This document shows positions 25,156 to 37,049 of a DNA stretch of 64,000 nucleotides, piece by piece. Where the stretch lies: the NCBI RefSeq assembly GCF_006345805.1, contig NC_043000.1:35340001-35404000 (forward strand), given 5' to 3'. The DNA comes from Octopus sinensis (Eukaryota). Every line of letters starts with the position of its first letter. Positions within the stretch are counted from its first letter, which is position 1. The notes under the pieces were generated by a model. The model had not been told where the DNA came from and ran no database searches. It saw only the letters and a list, made by a program, of their open reading frames with translations. Position numbers and translations under genes: made by a program.

Positions 25156-27047
25156 TTACTGCTCGAAAGTTTTTGCTTTCTCCTCCCTTGGTTTGTCCTC
25201 GAGGAGATCCCAGTACAGTTTCTTTGTGAGATATTTTTGGCATTTACCAACCGCACTGGGGAAAATGCCTTTGAGTGTGTGGTGCAGACTTTTGGAGATG
25301 TGTAATATTTTGATGTGGTCTGGTGGTGTTGTGTATGGGTGATTGTTTGTTTTTATGTCATCTTCTGTTATGTTTGTTTTTGATTTGATGTATTCCATCA
25401 AATTTGTGTTTTTGGTGTCTATAGCTGTGAGCATGTTTGCTGTATATATTTTTGTGGTGTTGGTGTGGCTGTTGTTTGTGTTGGGTTTTGAAATGTCTTC
25501 GGGAGATGTATTTCCCCCTGTTTTGTTTGTGTTTCTGCTCTTTATTTTCCTTCCTTTTCTAGCTATTTGCCATTCCTCACTGGTTTCGTCTTCCGACGAA
25601 TTTTCTGAGAAATCAGAAGGGGGTAGGGGTATGTTGTAGGCTTCTATGTATGTCTGTGTAAGTAGTTGTGTTGCTGTTTTCGTTGCTGTTGGTTGTTGAG
25701 TGTTTGTGTGTGGTGAGTGCGGTATAAGGGATGGGGAATCAGTTTTTGTATATTTTCTTTGTTTTTCTGTTCCTTTGGTTCTTGCTGTTGTTGGTGGTGT
25801 TGGTAGTTTCTCAGGTGTTGAATAATTTTTAGTTGTTGATGGATTAGCTTGGTGTGTTTCTCTTGTCGTCTTCTGTGTTGATGGTGGTGTGGGTAGTAGA
25901 GCTTTTTTCTCGGAGTGTTGTGGTTGTGGTTGTTGCTCTTGTTGTGCAGTGGTTGGGCACTTCTTTTTCAAGTGTGTTTCGCTTCCACACAAATAGCAAC
26001 GTTGTCGCCTGCCCTCTACCACTACATAGGGTTTGTAGCCTTCTGGCAGTTCTATAGTGGTGGGTATCTTTTCTCTTGTTGTTTCATCCAATTGAAGGAG
26101 GAATTGGATTGATTTTCCCACCCAGTTTTTCTGTCCTAGAACAGCGATTTCAAGAATGTTTGTCTCTGCCATTTCAAAGCAGATGGCAGAGACTAACCAT
26201 TGTATTTCGACTTCAGGTGGTATATTTTTTATTTAGATTTTCGTTACCCTCTGGCCTAAATAGATTGGTATCATTATCAAGTCGTCTGATTGCAGCTCCA
26301 ATGTGGAAAATCGTTTTGCTAAATTTTCGTTGAGGAAACGTACTTGGACTGTGCCAAATTTATTTCTCCAACTGATATACTCCTTTGAGTCCCATGCAGG
26401 ACGAAGGCATTTTTCAATTTTTTCCTGCGGTGCATTTTCTGGTCGTCTTGTTTTCTTGTTGATGACTTTGTAGATTATTGTTTTTTTTGTGTTTTCCACG
26501 ATGTGTTGTGGAATGTGAAGATGCAATTTATCTCCTTCTTTGGTGAAGAGTGCTTTTGTGAGGTTTGTTTCCTGTGTGGTGAATTTTACGATTGTTCGAT
26601 TTTGTTTTGTCGCGTCCGCGAAATTCGTTTTAATTTTAGCAGTGTTAGTAGCAAAGGAGTTAGTTGTAGCAGTTGAAGTCGTGGTAGTGGTGTTGGTGTT
26701 GGCGGTGTTGTCTTCGGTAGGCGGCTTTGTGCTGATTTCGTTGTTGTTGTTGTTGGTAGTGGTGCTGGCATTCATGTTTGCGTCTGTATTCGTTTTTGAA
26801 ATCCCTTTCTCCGTCCTTTTTTCATCGACAAGTGGTGTAGGGAGTGGTGGAAGTCTAAGTTAATGTCGTTGGTCGCGGCGATGGTGAATGGTCTTGTGAC
26901 GTTAGTTTTGTTGTTGTTGTTGGTGGTTGTGGTGGTGACAGCGGTGTTCAAGCTGCGAGGTTTAGCAGCTAGTGGTAGCAATAGTGTTTCGCTACCGTTC
27001 CGCATGACTGGCGGGCTAGCCACGTGGTTTCTAGTTGCCATTTTCAA
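25156..27047 (-). pseudogene. ORF1 (gag-like nucleic-acid-binding protein), frameshifted
   Basis: CYLCGSETHLKKKC (CX2CX4HX4C) in ORF 25156..26172, upstream part in 26233..26775, probable N-terminus in 26772..27047. Stop lies about 44 nt before the ORF2 ATG. Confidence 0.8.
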
Positions 27048-27264
27048 AATGAAAAATGGCTAAAAGGAACCCACGAAAGTTTTGAAGTTTTTGGTAATTT
27101 CGCCCATACAGGGGCGGAATTCTACGTGAATAATTCTCAGGTTTTTAGTGAATGATCTTGCACAACGATTAAAACAAAATATTTGACAACAAGGAGTTTT
27201 AAACATGTAAAAGTGGCCAACTTACGTGGAGCCCATTTGACTAGCGTCCGTGCATGTCGGGGAT

Positions 27265-27306
27265 GATAGATAGATAGATAGATATGTAGGTAGATAGATA
27301 TGTAGG

Positions 27307-27349
<43 letters not shown>

Positions 27350-27529
27350 GTTTCTTTATTGGCCACACAGGGCTGCACACAGATGGGACAAGTTACAAGG
27401 TAGAGCTTTTCTTTTGGGGGATGAAAAACAAAAAACAAAACAAACAAAAAAAGGTGGCGTAGGTTTTCGATCAAAAGGGGAAAAAGAAAAAAAAGGAAAA
27501 GGAACAAAAGAAAAGAAAAGTGAAAAAAG

Positions 27530-27603
<74 letters not shown>
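27265..27603. repeat. (GATA)n microsatellite split by a LINE 3'-end fragment
   Basis: Arrays at 27265-27348 and 27532-27603. Confidence 0.95.
27350..27531 (-). mobile_element. 5'-truncated (~180 bp) copy of the Tx1-like LINE 3' end
   Basis: Near-identical to 21363-21530 (GTTTCTTTATTGGCCACACAGG...GTGGCGTAGGTTTTCGATCAAAAGGG). Confidence 0.92.
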
Positions 27604-27604
<1 letters not shown>

Positions 27605-27884
27605 GGAAAATAGGACAAGGTAGAAAATGCTAAAATAATTTTATCATGAACATTTTAATACCGGTTTCAGTCTTTGCGACTTTTTCAACTTAGAGTAAAA
27701 CATGAAAAACAAATTGTTGAAAAATCAAATGAAATGTTTTTTTAAAAATTATTTCCATAGTTTTCTAATAGAAAAAAGGAAAATGTCCCTCCTATCTCTC
27801 TCCCTTACTTTTGTGAAAGCTCGGTAGGTAGGTGGTAGCAGATCTGAAGAAATATTTAGTATATATATATCATGGTGATGATGA

Positions 27885-28020
27885 TCATCAATTAACGTCC
27901 GTTTTCCATGCTGGCATGAGTTGAACGGTTTGCCTGAAAACTAGTGAGCAGCACCAGACTCCAGTCTGATCTGGCATGGTTTCTACGGGTGGATGCCCTT
28001 CCTAACGCCAACCACCGCGT
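27885..28020 (-). mobile_element. SINE family B, 3' part
   Basis: CATCAATTAACGTCCGTTTTCCATGCTGGCATG tail and GGATGCCCTTCCTAACGCCAACCAC core. Confidence 0.75.
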
Positions 28021-28026
28021 AGCAAC

Positions 28027-28147
28027 TTGTCAGACTCAAATGACGGGAGGCACATAATCTCTCTAAAACTGGAGAGAGAGGAAAACGTCATGATTCTTCC
28101 CCCCAGTTGTAGAGAGATTCTGTGCCCCCGGCCCTTTGAGCCTGACA
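28027..28147. repeat. Imperfect 121-bp palindrome (MITE-like or hairpin)
   Basis: TTGTCAGACTCAAA...GGCACATAATCTCTCTAAAACTGG pairs with CCAGTTGTAGAGAGATTCTGTGCC...TTTGAGCCTGACAA. Confidence 0.8.
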
Positions 28148-28654
28148 AATCGCCTATATAGCTAAACGCTTTATGGGTGCGAAAGCAATGGTCTCTCTCT
28201 GACCGGTCATTACAAGCAGCCTTCTAAATATAAAACTGCTCTCTTCCAGAGTGGGCTTCTTTTTCGGACATAAGAACTATTGACCGATTCTGTGGCATCT
28301 CTTTAATGGCACAAGTCATTTAAACGGTAAATAACGGATCCTGAAAGACAGCCTCTGAGCAATAGTTCGATCTACTTGAAATAGCCGTGAAATATCCTTC
28401 TACTTTATATACGGAGGAGACATAAGCTGATGTGCTTCTAGTAACATTTTATCTGGAAATTAGAACAGCGACGGGGTGTCTTTGACCAGCGTTATATCTT
28501 ATTAAACTGACCTGGAATCAGACTGTTTTACTAATGGTCAATTTACATTTACTCTTGGTGGGTCTTTTGAGTTGAGGGACTTCACGAAGCCAAAATTTGA
28601 ACACAGAAATTTGCGGCACCTCTGCACCAGATATTTTTTATCGTTTTTTTTAAA

Positions 28655-29030
28655 ACTCGTTTCAGTCATTAGACCGCGGCCATCCTGGGGCACCACCTTG
28701 AAGAATTTGCGTTAAATGAATCGTCTCCAATATGCATGTTTTGCAAAGCCTGGTACTTATTCTATCGGTCTCTATTGTGGAATCGTTAAGATACGGGGAC
28801 GTAAACACACCAGCACCGGTTGTCACTAGTGTGTGTGTGTATGGGGGGGGACACATAGACAAAGACACACACGACGGGGCTTCTTTTAGTTTCCGTCTAC
28901 CAGATCCACTCATGGCTTCGTTCAATCCGAGGCTATAGTAAGAGACACTTGACCAAGGTACTAGGCAGTAGAACTGAACCCGGAACTATGTGGCTGGAAG
29001 GCAAGCTTCTTACCACACAGCCATGCCCAT
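28655..29030 (-). mobile_element. SINE family C
   Basis: Colinear with 11722-12125, including the internal (GT)n. Confidence 0.82.
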
Positions 29031-29775
29031 CACTATTTATGGGATTGTTAAAAACGGAGAAGTGTTGGCGTGTCTACCACTATTTAGTTTCATCCACCTG
29101 TGTTCTGAGTTCGGATCCCATTCGGGTAGAATCTATTAACAAACTCATGGCCGTTATTAATTAAGGGGGTGATCGTTATTTTGACATTAATGTTACTTTA
29201 TTTTATCGACAGCAGGATTTGAACTCTTAACGAAAAGAGTCGAAACTAGCACTGCAAGGCATTACTCTAACACCCTTACTATTCTAACATCGCCACCCGT
29301 TACATAAAAATGTTTCGATGCTTCGCTATGAACGTGAGGTTTTAGTGACTGTTTGGCAGTCATTAGTGTAAGGGAGACAACCACTTCTAACTTAAATGTA
29401 TTTTGACTGAAAATATAATTTATCGTGGGAACATAGCGAAAATTTACCTCATAAAAAAACACTCCGTTCTTCACATATGTTAAGATAGTCTTTCAACCAT
29501 ATTTATTTGTCTATCTGTCTGTGTCCGTCTTCTTAACTGCCTACCCATCCATCCACCGATCCATCCATCCACCGACTTATTTACGATACATTACCGTTTC
29601 CGTATTGCATCGTTCTAAACCTTGATACACGACAGACGAGTTGTTATTCCGCCCCAAACAAACCCCTAATGCCGTTCCAGCCGTTTGTAGAGGGGTTTAG
29701 CAATGCATTAACTAATGTGTCCTTCATTGTTTAAGACGGTAGAGTGTGATTTAAAGGAATCATACCGTTATTTCT

Positions 29776-30189
29776 TATTTCTTTATTGCACTCAAGGGGC
29801 TAAACATAGAGGGGACAAACAAGGACAGACAAAGGGATTAAGTCGATTACATCCACTCCAGCGCGCAACTGGTACTTAATTTATCGACCCCGAAAGGATG
29901 AAAGGCAAAGTCGACCTCGGTGGAATTTGAACTCAGAAAGTAGACAGACGAAATACCTATTTCTTTACTACCCACAAGGGGCTAAACACAGAGGGGACAA
30001 ACAAGGACAGACAGACGGATTAAGTCGATTATATCGACCCCAGTGCATAATTGGTACTTAGTTTATCGACCCCGAAAGGATGAAAGGCAAAGTCGACCTC
30101 GGCGGAATTTGAACGCAGAACGTAACGGCAGACGAAATACAACTAAGCATTTCGCCCGGTGTGCTAATGTTTCTGCCAGCTCGCCGCCT
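29776..30189 (-). mobile_element. SINE family A dimer with a 49-bp flanking direct repeat
   Basis: Head AAGGCGGCGAGCTGGCAGAAACATTAGC, two cores, both followed by the GCCCCTTG.G.G.A.TAAAGAAATA tail. 29727-29775 equals 30190-30238 with 1 mismatch. Confidence 0.9.
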
Positions 30190-31315
30190 TTGTTTAAGAC
30201 GGTAGAGTGTGATTTAAAGGAATCGTACCGTTATTTCTACCGGACCGTTTGCCTTATTGAAATGCCTGCGTGGGAGAACACTGATACTTCCAGTATTGCA
30301 TTTCGAAACCCGGTGAATCCACCTGACAGTTGAGAGCAATTTAAAAAGAACGATAATGAACAAAACGCATAAAAATTTATGGAGGAAAGGAAGAAACTGA
30401 AACAAATCGATGAATTAGAATAGTTTGGGAAAAAAAAAACAAGAACAAAAGTTGATATGAGAAGAAATGTATATAGTAGTGGATTGTAGCAGTTACAATG
30501 GCTTTAATGGACTCTATTTAGAAAGATAAAGGTTGTGATAACATTCTTTAAAGAGAGCAAAGGTGGTTTTAACATCACTTAATGGGGGTGGAGTAAATGA
30601 CGAAGACTTGAGATTGAAAAAAAAAGTGGTTTTATATGTTTCTTTTAAGGAAATTCACTTTCGTCCATGGTTTCGTTTTGCATTTCATATGAGACTATTT
30701 AGGAAAGAAAATGTTCGACAGACTGCGAATAAGGAAATTTTTTCCGAGCATTGAAAGACAGAAAAATGAAGAGATCATATAACCTATTTAACTGTCGTGA
30801 ATATGGTCCTTCAAGTTCAATAGCCCGGATAAAAGATGTCAAGGAAGAAGAGTGTAACATAACGGAATAAACGAGGAGAAATATGGAAGAAAATATGTTT
30901 GAATGATAGCGGAAAACATGGAAGATAAATGTTGTGTCATTGGGTTATATACGGTCGAAAGTAATAGATTTTAAATAGATTCATTTTATCTCAATAAAAT
31001 ATAGCAAAGCCAAGTACACGGCGGAAAACAACAGGAAAGCTATAGAACTGACATATTGTTCAGGTTTCAATACTAATATCACACTCTTGGTGGGTTTACT
31101 AGGGACAGTACGGCACTGAGGATTCTCAAAAAGTCTGAAATAATACTAATCGTGATTACCAAAACTACCAGAAAAAATAAATATACAAGGATTTTATTTT
31201 GTATTCCACAAAAATGCAAAACAAAACGAAAGAATTAGGTGTCCTTGTTTAGAGTTAAATATACAACATCTTCAGGTTTGTCTGATGACACACACACAAA
31301 TATATATATATATAT

Positions 31316-32053
31316 ATAGTGTAATAAATAAAAAATATGCATACATACATACATATATGTACGTACCTACATCTACATGTATATATACATGCATATATAA
31401 ATATATATACATGAGTACAGGACACCACTACATTTACGTAGAACTCACCGAGAAACGAAAACGTAAAAACAAACGTGGAAACGGACCTAAAAGAAAAAAA
31501 CAGAGTACAAGACAAACTACACAAGGAAAAATTCCCTTTATCAGCTGTCCCTAGTTCAACTCCAGCGTGTTTCGAAGGTGAGGACAGAATACGACTCGTG
31601 GAACTAATCCCTCCTGCGAAGGAATTAAAGAAAATTACTTCGCAGAGGGGTAAAAACAAGGGAGGTTAAACATGTGACAAAAAAACGATACAAATAAAAT
31701 TACAAAATAAAATACAAAATAAAAATACAGAATAAAATTACAAGTACGAAAAATACAGTACAAGAAATAAGACAAACAAAAAAACAGACAATGAGGGCCT
31801 TAATGCTAGAGTTGAACTAGGGACAGCTGATGAAGGGAATTTTTCCTTGTGTAGTTTGTCTTGTACTCTGTTTTTTTCGTTTAGGTCCGTTTCCACGTTT
31901 GTTTTTACGTTTTTGTTTCTCGTTGAGTTCTACGTCTTTTGTGGTGTCCTTTACTCACGTATATATGTTTTTTTATGCATGTATATATACATGTAGATGT
32001 AGGTACATACATATATATATGTATGTATGCATATTTTTTATTTATTACACTAT
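31316..32053. repeat. Long inverted repeat: ~250-bp arms, ~238-bp spacer
   Basis: 31316-31566 is the reverse complement of 31805-32053 at high identity. Confidence 0.92.
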
Positions 32054-32278
32054 TGTATGACTGAGCGCCCTCGCGTCGATTCGATTCGTTTCGTTTCATC
32101 TCCTCCAAGTAAGTTTTGTTATATATATATATATATATAATTAAAGTCCTGCTCGCTTACGTTCTTGGTGTGTTGAATTATTTCTCGAGAACAATTCTTA
32201 GTGGTGGACTCCCTTTGCGGATCTATATCAAGCGTAAGAGCGTCCACATAGTGAATTCTCTCTTATAGTTGTGTGTGC

Positions 32279-32315
<37 letters not shown>

Positions 32316-32330
32316 TGTATGTATGTATGT

Positions 32331-33249
32331 CATTATTCAGTTTTATTTTAAGATTTCTTGCAAATAGAGAAAGAGTCGGATTCTAGCCTAGATCCAAGAC
32401 TCCTTCATTGGAATTTCAACACCAACGACAGTGTGTGTTTGTGTGTGTGTGTATGTATGTAATGTTTTGCTTTATGCATTCTCGTGCAAATAGTTGCTTA
32501 TCTAGACATGCCCATATATATTTGAATGATAATTTCTGAAAAGTTTTTCAGATTTTTACAGTCTCAGTGATGGATTGGATCTGTTGTCTTCAAATCAGCT
32601 TTCTCCTTTCTGGTTTTGAGAAGCCTACTTTCTCAAGATTGGTCTTTAGGCAGTGTGTTACATATTCCAGTGCTCTAATAATTACAGGTATAAACATGAA
32701 CTTGTAATCTGAATAGAGTAACTGCAGATTTCTCAATAGTTCAGCATAGGTATTCTCCTTTCATTGATCTTTAACTTTATGTTAACATCCGATGGGCAGC
32801 TAATTTCCACAACTGTGCACAATTTCTTTTCTCCAAATGAGGTCTATTGTGCTTACATTTTATTGAGGTCTTCACTGGAACATTCCACCAGTATTCCTTT
32901 TTCTTATGAGTGGCTATGGCTTCTACCATACTGTGGGTTCTTATTTCTTTGTCCTCGGGATAATCCTTCCGGCGGACCTTATTATATAATGTCCTAGCTA
33001 CAACATCATGTCCGATCAGTAGACAATACCATGATGACATTTTCGGACAACTGCTTGTGATGTGGGTGATACCTTTGGTGTTGACGCTACAAAGCCTGCA
33101 TCGGTTGTCATGTTTTACTGCTTTTCCTGCATTTCTGTTCCCTTTGTACATCAAGTATTTGGTTGATATTTCTTGTTCCTGGATCGCAAACGCATACCCT
33201 TCGAAGTGGAAGTTAGTAATCCGGTTGTTGGTACATGATGGTCTGCTTT
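32331..33249 (-). mobile_element. 5'-truncated RLE-type (R4/NeSL-like) non-LTR retrotransposon in (CATA)n
   Basis: ORF 32777..33307 reads AIQEQEISTK...CRLC...HITSSC...HDVVA...WWNVPV...HNRP (CCHC plus start of the RLE domain). (TATG)n at 32316-32330 and 33254-33272. Confidence 0.8.
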
Positions 33250-33312
33250 GATGATGTATGTATGTATGTATGCACGTACACACAAATGTCCGTACAGACA
33301 TGTTCATGTCTA

Positions 33313-34539
33313 CAGGATGTCCCGAAAGAAAGACAACCGAAGTTTCGGGCTTTAATTACTATCAATAAATGTGATATGAAAATTATACATCATTATAAAA
33401 GCTTAGTACGTCGTCTTTTTTGTTTCAGGCTAAATAAATTCAGATTTATAAATTATATAATGGCTATCGACCCTCCACAAAGGGGGCGAAAGTAGTACAG
33501 CTATAACAGAAAAGCTTAAAATCAACCGAACAATAGTCTGGAAAATTGTCGAGAAATTTCAAGAGACTGGTTCCACCGCTGATTGACCTGGACATGGCCA
33601 AAAAGGAAGTGTGCAGACCCCCCAGCTTACCAAAGTACCAGAGAAAAGATACAGCGAAATTCTCATCGTTCCCTCAGAAAACTGGCCCCCAGAGCAAAAA
33701 TAAGCTAATCATCGATGTATCGGGTGCTGAAGGAGAATCTCAGGACCCAGCCCTACAAGCTGATCCGCCATCATGAGCTCATGCAAGTTCATAAAGCCAT
33801 GAGACTGGAGAGAAGTTGTCTTATCTTGAGTCAGATTGCGGAAGGCACGCTACCTAAACCGGTTTTCACTGATGAAAAGTAATTTGATATTGAGCAAACA
33901 GGGAACCACCAGAATGACCGACTTTGGAGTGTGTCTGGCTCCGCCGAGAGTAGACTCGTAAATCAACGTCAAAATCCACTGTCAGTTATGGTTTGGGTGG
34001 CTGTGACAACCACTGGAAGATCTCGGGAGTTAAAATTAACACCCAGCGATACATTAACGGTATTCTGGAAGCCGAACTGCTTCCATAGGCGAATGAACAC
34101 TTTCAAGGTGCACATTGGAACCGCCAATAGAAATCAGCACCACCCCACAGCCCCAAACACTGGCTTCAGCAAAACATTCCATCGTTCATAGGCAAGGATG
34201 TATGGCCCTCAAAAAGCCCCTATCTCAACCTGTTGGATTTTTCTGTTTGGTTCATTTTGGAGATGAGGGTCTCGAGAACTTCACATACTTCGCTCGACGC
34301 TCTGAAATCAAACCTACGCCAGGTATGGGCTTCGATTTCGCAAGAACAGCTGCGTGCCGTGTGTGAAGCATTCGTACCTAGACTTAAGGCTGTGATTCGA
34401 AACAGAGGTGGTCATATCAAATAAATGTGGTAGGATCATAATTGTGTTTCCTTTATCATTGCATTGCCAATCTCGGACCCGAAATACGACGGATACCCAA
34501 AAGTAACCGGAAACGTTATCTGTGGGACACACCCGTTTG
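33313..34539 (+). mobile_element. Degraded IS630-Tc1-mariner element (maT/rosa-like)
   Basis: TA|CAGGATGTCCC left end and degenerate GGGACAC..CCC..TA right end. Fragments FTDEK.FDIEQ, MVWVAV and WPSKSPYLNLLDFSVW...RNRGGHI. Confidence 0.72.
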
Positions 34540-34544
34540 TAGTT

Positions 34545-35322
34545 CTGGCTTCTGGTGCTAGAAGGCACTTGGTGCAACCCTCAGGCATCAGTCTGACGAC
34601 CGGTGTTGTTCAGCAGAGTCATACTGCCTCGCGGTGCGTCTTTGTTTTGCAGTGTTTCTCCCCTGTTTGTCGATTTTCGCGATAGGTGAAACGAAGGAAA
34701 GTTGTTTTCTGCTGAGGGAAAGGGCGGCCGAAACAGTTATCATGCTTCAAGCAGCTTACAAGGAGGCTGCCCTGAGCAAAACACAAGTTTACGAATGGTC
34801 ACTTGTCGCTTGAGGACCAACCTCTTTCACGGCGAACGTCGACCTCCTGAACAAAAAGCATCATGAAAAGTCGTGAACAACGGACAAACTTTTTGATATG
34901 ACTGGTGTGACCTGGAGCTTTTGTCAGCGAATTTTGAGCGAGGAATTGCAAATGAAAAGAGTTGCAGCAAAAATTGTGCCTCGCTTGGTCGTGGAAGATC
35001 AAAAACAGTCACGACTGAATGCATGCCATGAACTGGAAGAACAGTTGGAAGCTGATTCGGACCTTTTTTCGAAAGTCATCACTGGTGACGAAAACTGATG
35101 CTACGGAATTTGCAGATGTGGAAGAGGTAAGAAAAAAACCCCGATAGAGGCGTTAAAAGGCATCACTTTGCAAAACTTCCAGCACTGCTTCGAGCAGAGG
35201 AAAACGCGTTTAAACCGATGCATTGCTTCAAATGGAGAATACTTTGAAGGTGATAAAAGTGTAAACTTATAAAACTAAGTGAATAAAATAATACTGCAAA
35301 AATTTTGGGTAGCTCCTCGTAT
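34545..35322 (+). mobile_element. Internally deleted mariner element
   Basis: AETVIMLQAAYKEAALSKTQVYEW; ILSEELQMKRVAAKIVPRL...SKVITGDE; then directly FADVEEV...RCIASNGEYFEG. Right end CTCCTCG|TA. Confidence 0.8.
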
Positions 35323-35324
35323 AA

Positions 35325-37016
35325 ATATATTTTGCTTGAGTACTTCTCTAATTTGGGGTCTGACAAAGATAACCTCTTTCAACTTCGCCTGTGTGATTTT
35401 GGGAAACTTTTCTACAATATACTCAAACCCTCTGGCATTTCTCTTCCCCAGTGTCTTTACAAACAGTTTCATCAATCCAAGCTTTATATGCAAAGGAAGC
35501 AAAAGGACATTACATGGATCTACAAGACAGTCCTGCTAGACAGTCCTGGCTGGTATGATGTTCTTGTCTGCCAGTTTGATTACGAATAATATCTGTCAGT
35601 TGCTTGACTATCCCATAGACACAAGAAACAACAGTATTTTGTGAAGCCTGACTGCATTCCCGTTAACATTCCAATGACTTTTAAATCTCCACAGGCAATG
35701 GCATGAAATAAAAGTTCAATATTCCACATATGATTCATGAAGACGAACGGAGTGCGCAATAAGAATGGAGGACTTTAAATTACCATTATGGAAAAGTACA
35801 GCTTTTAAACTTCGTTTTGAAGAATTAATAAACAAATGCAACTCTACAGGATCATGATTTTGTGATAAACATTTGAAAAATTAATCGATGTTACTGCAAA
35901 AGCAAATCGGGCCTTCAACAGAAAAACACATTTGTAGAACAAAATTTCTCTGCCGAAAATAAGTTTTATGAATACCGTGTTCTAGCAGATATTCCTCCTT
36001 CAGTCTTGAAGCCAACAGTTCTGCTTTATCTTTTGAGAGGGATAGATCTCTGACAGGGTCATTCAGTTCAGCTTGGGAAAATTTCTGAGGTTTAAAGCTA
36101 TCGTCATCAACCATGTAATCTTCCTCAGCAGCACTATCGTGACAGCCAGCACCATCATCTGGTTGAAATGGAATTGGCAGTCTTCCATTATGAGGTACAA
36201 GCCTCATGGCAGAATCCAAATTGGGATACACAATTTTGTGTTTATTCTTCATAGAAAATCCTGTGACATTTACTTTGCAAAAATACCAGTCATTAAAATG
36301 GTCTCTCGGCTCCCTCTATATCATTTGAATGGCAAAAAGCATGGACTTATTATTATTGAATCAGTTACGTAAGCCATCTGAGCAAGCTGAGCAGATAAAA
36401 TGAGGTGCCCATAAGTTGTCCTGGTCTCCAAGAAGGCAGTCAAAGTATAGCTTATAAATCTTCTTGATATCTGGTGTTATTGTAAATTTTTTTTACTTTT
36501 AAAAAGAAATTGTCCACAGACATAACAAAACACATCAGGACAACTTGTACACTCTCTTGACATTGTTAACATTGTAAAACAAGTAAAGGAAATAGATACA
36601 AACGGTTAATTATGAGCGGACAATTTGAGATGTTAGAAAACATATTTATAAGACAAAACTTGACTGGTTAACTTAAGATGATGAAATATTGCATCTGAAC
36701 TATGCAGCAATGAATAATGTAGTTTATTTTAAAGGTATGTTTCCATAATTAAATGAAATACATGCATACACGTCATTAATTGGCTGGAATTTCTATATAA
36801 TGCATGGATTAAAAGAAACAAAACTTTCTCGTCTTGAAAACTACGTGATGTCAAAAAACTAATTGTATATTTGAAATCAGCATTAAAAACTACACTAAGT
36901 ATACCTTGACATCTGCTTGATGAAAAATACTTGTTGACCAGGTGTAATAAAGGATGGATTCTCCCGTCGAAGATGACGGATGAGAGCATTCAGCTTTTGC
37001 CGAAAATCCTGCACAG
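35325..37016 (-). mobile_element. Chapaev3-like (CMC superfamily) DNA transposon, degraded, 3' part missing
   Basis: MSRECTSCPDVFCYVCGQF from ATG at 36563; ELNDPVRDLSLSKDKAELLASRL; LFINSSKRSLKAVLFHNG; LPLHIKLGLMKLFVK...AKLKEVIFVRPQIR. Family name recalled from motif memory. Confidence 0.7.
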
Positions 37017-37049
37017 AAATGATTTGTTTATTGTGATTAAATGTTCGTG

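Larger units (their letters stand above)
21363..27264 (-). mobile_element. Near full-length L1/Tx1-clade non-LTR retrotransposon inserted in (CTAT)n
   Basis: 5' UTR, ORF1 with CCHC knuckle, ORF2 with APE, RT and CCHC, and a 3' UTR ending AATAAAGAAAC. GATA-type repeats at both junctions. Confidence 0.9.

Noticed and set aside
25343-26863. Hydrophobic + strand ORFs resembling membrane proteins (25343-25639, 26540-26863)
   Set aside because: Antisense shadows of the A/C-rich LINE ORF1.
31822-31850. Hammerhead ribozyme candidate (CTGATGA plus AGGGAA/TTCCTT stem)
   Set aside because: GAAA does not follow the stem (GTGT in both arms). The nearby GAAAC gives no credible stem I or III in a permuted layout.
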